Origin: Candidatus Latescibacterota bacterium
GTDB taxonomy: Bacteria; Latescibacterota; UBA2968; UBA8231
NCBI GenBank assembly: GCA_965223905.1
Contig: CBDCXV010000010.1
Span: forward strand, 800,001-864,000
Direction of reading: 5' to 3'
Length of the DNA: 64,000 bases
Below are positions 36,932 through 45,280 of this stretch, piece after piece; position 1 is the stretch's first letter, and each line of letters starts with the position of its first letter. The notes under the pieces were generated by a model. That model saw only the letters and a list, made by a program, of their open reading frames with translations, was not told the origin of the DNA and made no database searches. Position numbers and translations under genes: made by a program.

Positions 36932-37720
36932 TTAGCCGCCCGCGGCCGCAAGCGGCTGAATGCGAAACTTGACCACGCCCCAGCTGCTCCCTTCGACCGC
37001 AGTGGGGGTGGACTCGCCGGACTCGGTGGACTCCTCCCCCTCCGGCCCGGTCCCTGTTTCCGTCGACTCCGACTCCCCTGTTCCCCCCGTCGACAGCGTC
37101 ATCAGCCGCTCGGGAATGCTTCCGGGCGTTCCCAGCTCGACGCTGCCGTCGTCCCATCCGCTCGCTTCGGTCGCGGTTTCCCACGCCTGTTCAAGCGAGC
37201 CGTCGGTGTCGAACTCGACCCGCACCATCGCCGCCTTCTGCTTGTTGTCTCCCGCCAGGGGAGCGCCGCTGCCGTCATCCGCGGAGTCGACCAGGTTTCC
37301 GCCCGCCCCGGGGTCGCCGTCGTAGAGGCGCAGCTGCAGCTTGCTGTTGGGCAGCGCCACCGCGGTCGCCACGACGTCGGGATCGGCGCTGATCTGCGAG
37401 CGCGCAGCGCCGTAGTTGGCGATCAGGAACGCCTCCCCCGGGGCGATGCTGCCCTCGCTGAGCTGGAGCATCACCGTCTCCTCGCCGTCTTTCCCCGTTT
37501 GCGTGATGACCCAGCCGCTGAGATCCCGCGCCGAGGACCCGCGGTTGTAGAGCTCGATCCACTCGTCGGCGCTCGAGGACTCGCTTCCCATCCACATAAG
37601 CTCGCTGAACACCACGTCACCCGGTTCCGCCGCAGCGACCGGGGTGCTGAAGGGGGCCGCTCCCAGCAGGAAGGCCAAGAGCAGGCTGGTACACCTCAAA
37701 ATGGTTCGGGCAGGTTTCAT
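36932..37720 (-). CDS. Secreted lamin-tail-domain protein with TAVEGSSWGVVK C-terminal motif
   Basis: Signal peptide from ATG 37720; VVFSELMW..DEWIELYN..DLSGW; GTPGS. Confidence 0.8.
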   Translation of the reverse strand: MKPARTILRCTSLLLAFLLGAAPFSTPVAAAEPGDVVFSELMWMGSESSSADEWIELYNRGSSARDLSGWVITQTGKDGEETVMLQLSEGSIAPGEAFLIANYGAARSQISADPDVVATAVALPNSKLQLRLYDGDPGAGGNLVDSADDGSGAPLAGDNKQKAAMVRVEFDTDGSLEQAWETATEASGWDDGSVELGTPGSIPERLMTLSTGGTGESESTETGTGPEGEESTESGESTPTAVEGSSWGVVKFRIQPLAAAGG

Positions 37721-38038
37721 GTCGCAGTCTCCTTTTTGGTGTGAAGGTTTCCGATTCCCTGCGAATCGGCTGACTGCGACCTGCAATTCCTGTGCCGCTT
37801 GCGAAGGCATCTCCTGGAGCGGTCCCAAGGCCTTTTTTTACAGGAGGTTACGCACCAGATCCCCCTCCCGGGCTCGAGCGGCCTTGCGGCACCAGGCCCA
37901 CACAGGTGTCACCGGAACCACATATCCGGCGGGAATGTCCCGCAGCGACGGCGACCATTCCGGGCAGGCGCTGATGTCGCCTGCGGCTGCATTGACGTAC
38001 CCTTCGCCACGATCCCCGAAACCCGGAAAGGAGAGGTC

Positions 38039-38995
38039 GTGAAGATTCTCCTGCGCCAGTCCGATCTGTCGGACGAGTACCTGCGCTTCGCGGCCCAGAT
38101 CGGGGCCGACGGCATCGACATCCACAACGCCGAGAGCGTCCCCGGCTGGATGGAGCAGGGGTACCCGGATGCCGATGAGCTGAAAAGGATCAAGGAGCGG
38201 ATCGAAGGGGCCGGCCTGCGGCTCTACCGGCTCGCGCCCCCGGACGAGCCGTGCAACTTCATGCTCGGCCTTCCCGGCGGGGAGAAGGACATCGACGACC
38301 TGATCCGCACCATCGAGATCATGGGCCGGCTCCGCATCCCCTTCCTGTCGACCCCCTTCCACTTCGACCACCCGGGCCATCGCGGCGGCCAGCTGTTCGA
38401 GCACCGCGGCGGCTACAAAATGGGCGGCTTCAGCGCCGACAGGATGAACGCCAGTTTCGCCGCCGAGCCCTGGAACCCGCCGGTCTCCATCGAGGATCAC
38501 TGGCAGCGCTCCCTGGAGATGCTGCGGGCCCTGGTCCCGGCCGCGGAGAGCCACGACGTCAGGCTGATCACCCACCCCGGGGATCCGCCGCTGTCCAACT
38601 GCTACGTCTCCCCCCAGCGCTGGACCGACCTTATGGATCTGGTCCCCAGCCCGCACAACGGCCTGCTCTACTGCGTCGGCACCCGCTACGAGTCCGGGGT
38701 CGACATTCACGAGGACATCCGCCGCTACGGGCGCAAGGGGCAGATCTTCCACACCCACATCCGCAACGTCCGCGGCCAGATCCCCACTCACGGCGGCTAC
38801 CAGGAGGTGGCCATCGACGACGGCGACATGGATCTGCTTTCCGTGCTGCACACCCTGCGGGAAGTCGGCTTCGACGGCGGCCTCCAGCTCGACCACATGC
38901 CCAGCTTCGACGGCGACGACCGGCACCGGAGGATCGCCTGGGCGCACGCCGTCGGGTACGTGCAGGCGCTGCTCGCCGCCATGGGGCTCAGGTAA
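38039..38995 (+). CDS. Mannonate dehydratase (UxuA) family
   Basis: GTG 38039 after aaggag; RGG, VPAAE, HPGDPP, HIRNVRG, DDGDMD, DHMP, HAVGY. Confidence 0.82.
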   Translation: MKILLRQSDLSDEYLRFAAQIGADGIDIHNAESVPGWMEQGYPDADELKRIKERIEGAGLRLYRLAPPDEPCNFMLGLPGGEKDIDDLIRTIEIMGRLRIPFLSTPFHFDHPGHRGGQLFEHRGGYKMGGFSADRMNASFAAEPWNPPVSIEDHWQRSLEMLRALVPAAESHDVRLITHPGDPPLSNCYVSPQRWTDLMDLVPSPHNGLLYCVGTRYESGVDIHEDIRRYGRKGQIFHTHIRNVRGQIPTHGGYQEVAIDDGDMDLLSVLHTLREVGFDGGLQLDHMPSFDGDDRHRRIAWAHAVGYVQALLAAMGLR

Positions 38996-39043
38996 ACCGC
39001 ACCTTAGCCGAGCCCTGATTTTTTTCTTGTGAAATCGCATGGC

Positions 39044-39072
39044 TTGACCCTTCTTATACAACATAGTAGTAT
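39044..39072 (+). promoter_or_regulatory. Sigma70-type promoter of the surface-protein operon
   Basis: TTGACC (39044-39049) - 17 bp - TAGTAT (39067-39072), T-rich stretch upstream, RBS aggag at 39125. Confidence 0.7.
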
Positions 39073-39138
39073 GAAGCACATCGCTGGAAAGCTGCGTCCG
39101 CAGCGTCACCTTCACCCTTTTCATAGGAGTTGATCGAG

Positions 39139-40053
39139 ATGAAAAGAATTGCGTTGATCGCGGCCCTGGCCGCGGTCGTGGCCATGGTAGGTAGCTCGTG
39201 GGGTGGAGATCCCACCTATACCTACGAGATCCCCCACATCCCAGATAGCATGGTGCCGGAGGTAGATGGCGATCTAAGCGATCCTGCCTGGACCAACTAC
39301 CCCATGGAGTATGCCATCGTCCACCCGGGTGGAGATATTCCCCTGACGAATGGACGAGGGATTGGAGCGGACGTCCCCGATGCCGCCGACTACTCCGCGA
39401 CGATCAAGTGGGGCTGGAACGATGGCACCAACAAGCTGTACATAGCCATCGACGAGTTCGACGACATCTTCTACGTCGACACGCCGGCTGAGTGGTGGAA
39501 TGATGATGTCTGGCAGATCCACATGGATGGCAAGCTCTGGAACGGCCCTTACGAGTACACAAACCAACTACCGGAAGAGGAGTGGGGGGCCCACGCGCAA
39601 CAGTGGGAGTTCACACAGGGCGAGCACTGGTGGGGTGCTGCGAACAACATCAATCTCGAAACTCCCAAGGGCAACCAGGAACCTGCCATGGAGCCCTGGG
39701 CCAAAGTCGCGTTCGGAAACACGCCCCCCCAGAACGGCGATACGAACGTGAATCTGATCTACGAGCTTTACATCACTACCTGGGAATACATCGACTCGAC
39801 GGACAACAGCAAATCCGTTCCATGGGACATGGAAGGCGGAAACGTCATGGGGTTGCTGCTGTCGCGTTATGAAGACGACGAAGGAGGAGCCACCCTGAAT
39901 GTAGAATGGCAGACTGGAGGCGCGTACCAAACGACAGATTCTTCGACCTTCAATGAGGTCGTCCTCCTCTCTCCCGGCGAAGTTGAATGGCCCGACTCGG
40001 GAACCGCGGTCGAGTCTTCCACCTGGGCTCGCATCAAAGCCTCCTTGTTCTAA
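39139..40053 (+). CDS. Secreted CBM9/DOMON-like protein with TAVESSTWARIK C-terminal motif
   Basis: Signal peptide MKRIALIAALAAVVAM; PEVDGDLSDPAW, WNDGTNKLYIAIDEFDD, YELYIT. Confidence 0.75.
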   Translation: MKRIALIAALAAVVAMVGSSWGGDPTYTYEIPHIPDSMVPEVDGDLSDPAWTNYPMEYAIVHPGGDIPLTNGRGIGADVPDAADYSATIKWGWNDGTNKLYIAIDEFDDIFYVDTPAEWWNDDVWQIHMDGKLWNGPYEYTNQLPEEEWGAHAQQWEFTQGEHWWGAANNINLETPKGNQEPAMEPWAKVAFGNTPPQNGDTNVNLIYELYITTWEYIDSTDNSKSVPWDMEGGNVMGLLLSRYEDDEGGATLNVEWQTGGAYQTTDSSTFNEVVLLSPGEVEWPDSGTAVESSTWARIKASLF

Positions 40054-40068
40054 AGGTGGTCCTGCAGG

Positions 40069-40107
40069 AAAAACGGGGGAAAGTCGAGCTTTCCCCCGTT
40101 TTTTCTT
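40069..40107 (+). terminator. Strong intrinsic terminator after the first operon gene
   Basis: aaaaacgggggaaag-tcgag-ctttcccccgttttt followed by further Ts. Confidence 0.85.
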
Positions 40108-40127
40108 TGGTTCTTTTCTAGTCGAAG

Positions 40128-40907
40128 ATGCTATCTCTTTTTTGCTCTCGCCGGTTCTGGACCCGGATATCCGTAAGCGCCTGGCTGTTTTCGGTGCTCT
40201 CTCTGGGTATGCTTTCATGCGGCTATCGGTTCTGGGCCGGAAAACTGACCCCTGCGGACGAAGAGATGCAGGAGCCGGGGATGAGGGTGAACGACGACGG
40301 AACGGTAACCTTCATCAAGGAACGACTCGAGCTCGCCGTGCGGCCCCTCACAGTCGCCGAGTTGAACCGGCAGTTTCCCCAAAACTCCCAGGGCGGAACC
40401 GAATCGACCAATCCCTTCACCTTCGGGGACTGGAAAGATCCGAGGACGGGCGAGGTCCCGGATCGTTTTCTGGTTTTTTCTCTCAAGGTAAAGAACTACT
40501 CTCATCCCAAGATCCGGGTCGATCCGTCCAATGCCCACATCACCACCGATGTCGGCATGACCTATCTGCCCCTGGGGAAGCTGGATCTGGAGCGCTATTT
40601 CCGGACCTACGTTACCGGGTACGCCGGTGTGCCGTACTTGCGCTTCGAGGAACGCAAGGATACTGCGAGGGCGACCCTTTTTCCGGGCGATGTCGTCTTC
40701 AGCGGTCAGGAAGCCGAAGGGTACCTGGTTTTCCCCAACTTGCACCAAGAGGTCAAGACGGTAGTTCTCAACCTGAATGAGGTAGCTCTGCGTTTCAACT
40801 ACGCCAACGACCCAATTGAAACGATCGATGTGCAGTACAGATTCCAGCGGGAAACCGGCCGCCTCTACACGGACGGCAGGCTGGTGAAAAACAATCCGGG
40901 GTACTGA
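40128..40907 (+). CDS. Probable lipoprotein of unknown function
   Basis: Hydrophobic leader ending LGMLSC; beta-rich body; start uncertain. Confidence 0.7.
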   Translation: MLSLFCSRRFWTRISVSAWLFSVLSLGMLSCGYRFWAGKLTPADEEMQEPGMRVNDDGTVTFIKERLELAVRPLTVAELNRQFPQNSQGGTESTNPFTFGDWKDPRTGEVPDRFLVFSLKVKNYSHPKIRVDPSNAHITTDVGMTYLPLGKLDLERYFRTYVTGYAGVPYLRFEERKDTARATLFPGDVVFSGQEAEGYLVFPNLHQEVKTVVLNLNEVALRFNYANDPIETIDVQYRFQRETGRLYTDGRLVKNNPGY

Positions 40908-40946
40908 AGAACTGCAGGACTACAGGAACCGCAACCGGGGGCAGGA

Positions 40947-42818
40947 TTGCTGATGTACTCGTCTCCCCGCCGAGGATGGCGCGGCTGTTGCTGCGGGTTC
41001 TCGTGCTGGATATGGGGTTCGGTCGTTTTTCTCTCGGGATTCTCCGTGTCCGGGAGCGTTCAGCGGTGGACCTTCGGCGGTGCAGGCGCAAGCTGGCAGG
41101 ACGGGGGGATCATGGAAGCATTGGAGATAACCCCCGGGGCGACTCTGCAACCCGAGTATACCAGCCCGGTTGAGAACCTCGCCGCGACGGCCGCCGCACG
41201 CGGAGGCGGCATCGATACACCGATCCCCACCCTGAAAAGCACCTCGCTGCCGGGAAACCAGCTTTCCAACATGATAGACGGTAATCCCGACGTCGCCTTC
41301 AAGTCCGAACTGAGCAACAACCAGGGTGTGTTCCTGGTGCTGGACCTGGGCGCTTCGCTGGGGGTCAACCGGATCCTGTTCTACACGAGAGACCCCGCAA
41401 ACACGGAAGACTACCCTTTTCTGCAGGGATACAGGCTCTCCGTCAACGACGGCAGGCCGGAGACCCAGAGCCGGGCAGGACCGATCTGGACGGTGGTGGA
41501 CAGAAGGTCCCCCAACAGGTCTCCCCGGGTAGAGGTGGAGTTTCCGCTGCAATTCATCCGCTACATCAAGCTGGAATCCCTCGTTGTCTTCGACTGGGAG
41601 ATCGCGGAATTCGAGGTGTACGGCGAGGGGTTCGCGCCGAATGCGGTCTATACTTCCCAGGTGCTCGAGGTGCCCGGACAAGCCGGCCAACCTGGCGCGG
41701 CAAACTGGGGAAAATTGAGATGGTCCCACATCACCGATCCGGATGCCTCGATAGTCCTTCAGGTCAGGAGTGGTGAGACCGCTGATCCCAATCGGTACTT
41801 TCAGATCGAAGTGGACGACCTTACCCGGGCGCGCACCCTGGAGCCGATCACCAGGGAGGAATACGAGGAACTGGGGGAGACCGACGCCGTCATGGAGGCG
41901 GACCGGGACCACTGGAGCGACTGGTCCGAGCCTCTCCCGCCATCCGGAGAGGAGCAGATAACCGCTCCGGCCCCCCGGTCATACTTCCAGTTCAGAGCCT
42001 TCTTCCAAAGCCGCTCCCTCTCCGCCAAGGCCGAGTTGGGTTCTCTGTCCATCGAGTATTCGGTTCCGCCGCTGGCCCGGGAGATAACGGCTGCGATCTC
42101 TCCTCGCCAAACCCAGGCGGCGATCAGTACTCCGTTCACCTACACACTCGAGGCCGATATCGACCCGGACGCCGGGCACATCGGGTTCGACGCACTCGAG
42201 ATCGCCATGCCTGCCCGGCCCACCTTCGAGGAACTGAGGATCGACGGTCTTCCCATCGCCCTGGATCCCGACCGGGTCACGGCTGCGTCGGACCGGCTTG
42301 TTCTGCTGTTCCCCGAACACCGCGTCGACAGGGACGGAACCCTCCTCGAGGTGGACTTCGATTGCCCGGTATTCTCCTACGGAACTGCGTTCGACGGAAA
42401 GGTGTTCGATACGACGTCCGATGAACTGCCCCAGATCGTCGTGCCGGACGAGACCGTCGACACACGAGCTCTTTCCGTCGAAGTGGTTTTGAAGGAGTGG
42501 ATTCTTGCCTCGGTCCGGGTCCGCTCGAATCCCTTTACGCCCAACGGCGATGGAACCAATGACGCGGCCTTCATTTCCTACTCGATACTGAAAGTCTCGG
42601 AGCCTATTGACGTCTCCGTCCAGGTGTACGATCTGGCCGGTAGAGTGGTGAGGGATCTTTTCTCGGGAAGCGAAGCAAGCGGTGAACATCAGCACCTCTG
42701 GGACGGACGCAACTCCCAGGGAACCCTGGTACCGCCGGGATTCTATATTGGACGAGTCAAGGCGGATGCCTTGGCGATAACCGAACAGAGAAGCACGGGG
42801 ATAATGGTGGTCTATTGA
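40947..42818 (+). CDS. Secreted discoidin-like protein with FlgD-Ig/CHU_C-type C-terminal domain (paralog 1)
   Basis: NMIDGN, WEIAEFEVYGEG, WSDWSEP, NPFTPNGDGTND..YDLAGR..WDG..PGFY; start uncertain. Confidence 0.8.
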   Translation: MLMYSSPRRGWRGCCCGFSCWIWGSVVFLSGFSVSGSVQRWTFGGAGASWQDGGIMEALEITPGATLQPEYTSPVENLAATAAARGGGIDTPIPTLKSTSLPGNQLSNMIDGNPDVAFKSELSNNQGVFLVLDLGASLGVNRILFYTRDPANTEDYPFLQGYRLSVNDGRPETQSRAGPIWTVVDRRSPNRSPRVEVEFPLQFIRYIKLESLVVFDWEIAEFEVYGEGFAPNAVYTSQVLEVPGQAGQPGAANWGKLRWSHITDPDASIVLQVRSGETADPNRYFQIEVDDLTRARTLEPITREEYEELGETDAVMEADRDHWSDWSEPLPPSGEEQITAPAPRSYFQFRAFFQSRSLSAKAELGSLSIEYSVPPLAREITAAISPRQTQAAISTPFTYTLEADIDPDAGHIGFDALEIAMPARPTFEELRIDGLPIALDPDRVTAASDRLVLLFPEHRVDRDGTLLEVDFDCPVFSYGTAFDGKVFDTTSDELPQIVVPDETVDTRALSVEVVLKEWILASVRVRSNPFTPNGDGTNDAAFISYSILKVSEPIDVSVQVYDLAGRVVRDLFSGSEASGEHQHLWDGRNSQGTLVPPGFYIGRVKADALAITEQRSTGIMVVY

Positions 42819-45226
42819 AAACGATTGCGAACATTCTCGGTTCTCTGCTGCTCGGGTTCGTCCTCATCGCTCTCGACACCGCCGTGTCATCCGGAGCGGA
42901 ACTGGTTTTCGAAGCCGATAGGATCGGCTCTGAATGGCGGTCTCCCCCGGGCACCTTCGTCCTTTCCCAAGGGGAGATTCGTCCCGCCTACATCCGGGGC
43001 GAACGGGATTCTGTAAACGCCGCCGCCAACGCCGAAGGTTTCGTCGCCGAGAGGGACAGGGATGGCAATCCCACCCGGTTCGGGGGCATCTTCGTCCCCG
43101 ATTGGGTAACGGTTCTGCCATCCAATTTCGAAGAGCTGCCGGTTATCATGGACGGAGACCGCAGCACGGCCTGGGCTCCGTCAGGTGACGATCCCCTCAG
43201 CACGTGGTGGCTGCTGATAGATCTCGGGCGTGCGGTCCGGGCAACCAAGGTACGCCTCGTGTTCGCCGAAGACGGGCCACCCTTCGAGATGTTCGAACTC
43301 TACAAGTCGACCGGTCAGCAGGCCTTCACCAAGAGGTCGGGCGTGCTGGATTTCAGGACCATACACCGCTCGACCCGGCCAAACTTCGATCACGTCCTGT
43401 CCTACGAGGTGGAAGAGCAGCCGGTGCGCTATCTGTACCTGCAGGCCATGGAAAAGACAGAAGGCGCGAAAGTTGCCGAGCTGGAGGTGTTCACCCTGGG
43501 CGACAACATCGCCCTGGGCGTTCAGGACCGCGGTGGACTGGCGCGCAGCGTTGCCTCCCGGGGGGGGGGGTTGGCCGAGAACATCGAGGTCTGGGAGATG
43601 GTGGACGGAGATTACCTGACCTTCTTCAATCTCAGCACCCCCGCCTACAACAACTGGTGGCAGTGGGAGTCCAAGGGATGGTTCCACCTGGATCTTGGCA
43701 ACCTCTTCTGGGTAGACCTGGTGCGCATCGTGCAGCAGCACGAGCTCTACAGCTCCAGGTTTCACCCCCTGCAGAGCTACGTGCTCTACGCGTCGGACGC
43801 TTCCCCGGCGCCGCCTGGATCCGGAGGCATACTCGGGCCGTTCCTGTCTCCTTTGGTGGGAGACTTCGTTTGGTGGGAAGTCGGGAATCTTTCCAGGAAC
43901 CCGCCCGAAGGTGAGACCCAGCAGAGATTCCTGTTCGAGGAACGGCTTTCGCCGCAACCGGTCCGCCACATTTTTCTGAGCCATCGCAACCTCTTCGGCG
44001 GCAGCGGCATCGGAATGATCGCCAACATCGGAGAGTTTCAGGTGTACGGCCGGGGGTTCCTCCCGGAGATAGTGCTCACCTCGGGCTTCATAGACATGGG
44101 CGCAGTACGGAACATCACGGAAATCTCATGGGATGGCGACGTTCCTCCTGGCACCAGGATACAGTTCAGGAGCCGGACGGGGGAGGAATTCCGTTGGGAG
44201 GTCACCTACTGGAAGAAACTGGGGGCCAACATCAGGAACAAGGAAGTGACCAAGGAGGAATGGGAGGCATTCTCCGCCACCAGGAAAGGTGCCGTGGACA
44301 GCACGGTGGTCCTTGAGGGCTGGAGTCCCTGGAGTCAACCCTACCTCGCGCCCGGGGAGACCTTCGTCTCGCCGAGCCCGAGAAAGTTCGCTCAGCTCGA
44401 TGCCCGGCTCATCACCTCGGATCCCGACGCTCGAGCTTCGTTGCAGCGTGTGAGGCTGATTCACCGGGACCCGGTCGCCGCCGCCCTGGTCGGTGAGATC
44501 CATCCCAGGCGCGCCCTCCCGGGCGTGGAAGAAGTGTTCACCTACCATATCAAGCCGCAGATATCTGCCGGCAACCAGGAATTCGACGATATACTGATCC
44601 TGCCCCCTTCCTCGGCCACGCTCCTCGACGTATTGATAAGCGGAACTTCGGTGGGCGACGCGATAGAAGTGATGCCAGCAGGCGAAGACTCGCTGTGGAT
44701 TCGCCTGCCCTCGGCACTGGATCGCCAGGCCGCATCCAACGACCCCGATCTGGCGGTCGAGGTCGTGTTGGCGACCAGGGTGTTTGCGAACGGGACGCTG
44801 ATCGAGTCTTTCGCAGGCAACTCCGCCAGCCCCGGCTCCTGGCAGCGCGTGGACCCCAAAGACGGCAGGTTCGAGAACCTGACCGTCCTGCTGCCCTACA
44901 GTGAGGTAAGGGTGCTCGGGGATATCAGCATTGTTCCGTCCACGTTGACTCCCAATGGCGATGGGGTCAATGACGCCACCGCGATAACCTTCACCCTTTT
45001 CCAGATCGACCAGTCAAGTCCCGCGACCGTGACGATTTTCGACGTCGGCGGACGGACGATCAGAAACATGCGCCATCAGGGTGCCAGCGGCGTCAACCGA
45101 ATCGTCTGGGACGGCTCCGACGAATCGGGAGAGATCGCGCTTCCCGGTACGTATATATGTCGCGTCGACATCGACACCGACAGCGGCACCAGGACTGCCG
45201 TCCGAAGCATCGCCTTGGCCTACTGA
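42815..45226 (+). CDS. Secreted two-discoidin-like protein with FlgD-Ig/CHU_C-type C-terminal domain (paralog 2)
   Basis: TTGA overlap with previous gene; MDGDRSTAW, GEFQVYGRG, WSPWSQPY, TPNGDGVND..WDG..PGTY; G11 tract at 43560-43570. Confidence 0.8.
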   Translation: MKTIANILGSLLLGFVLIALDTAVSSGAELVFEADRIGSEWRSPPGTFVLSQGEIRPAYIRGERDSVNAAANAEGFVAERDRDGNPTRFGGIFVPDWVTVLPSNFEELPVIMDGDRSTAWAPSGDDPLSTWWLLIDLGRAVRATKVRLVFAEDGPPFEMFELYKSTGQQAFTKRSGVLDFRTIHRSTRPNFDHVLSYEVEEQPVRYLYLQAMEKTEGAKVAELEVFTLGDNIALGVQDRGGLARSVASRGGGLAENIEVWEMVDGDYLTFFNLSTPAYNNWWQWESKGWFHLDLGNLFWVDLVRIVQQHELYSSRFHPLQSYVLYASDASPAPPGSGGILGPFLSPLVGDFVWWEVGNLSRNPPEGETQQRFLFEERLSPQPVRHIFLSHRNLFGGSGIGMIANIGEFQVYGRGFLPEIVLTSGFIDMGAVRNITEISWDGDVPPGTRIQFRSRTGEEFRWEVTYWKKLGANIRNKEVTKEEWEAFSATRKGAVDSTVVLEGWSPWSQPYLAPGETFVSPSPRKFAQLDARLITSDPDARASLQRVRLIHRDPVAAALVGEIHPRRALPGVEEVFTYHIKPQISAGNQEFDDILILPPSSATLLDVLISGTSVGDAIEVMPAGEDSLWIRLPSALDRQAASNDPDLAVEVVLATRVFANGTLIESFAGNSASPGSWQRVDPKDGRFENLTVLLPYSEVRVLGDISIVPSTLTPNGDGVNDATAITFTLFQIDQSSPATVTIFDVGGRTIRNMRHQGASGVNRIVWDGSDESGEIALPGTYICRVDIDTDSGTRTAVRSIALAY

Positions 45227-45280
45227 ATCGGGGCCGTCCGGATCGAACGTGGTCCCCTAATCGCGTCAGGGAGGGATGTT

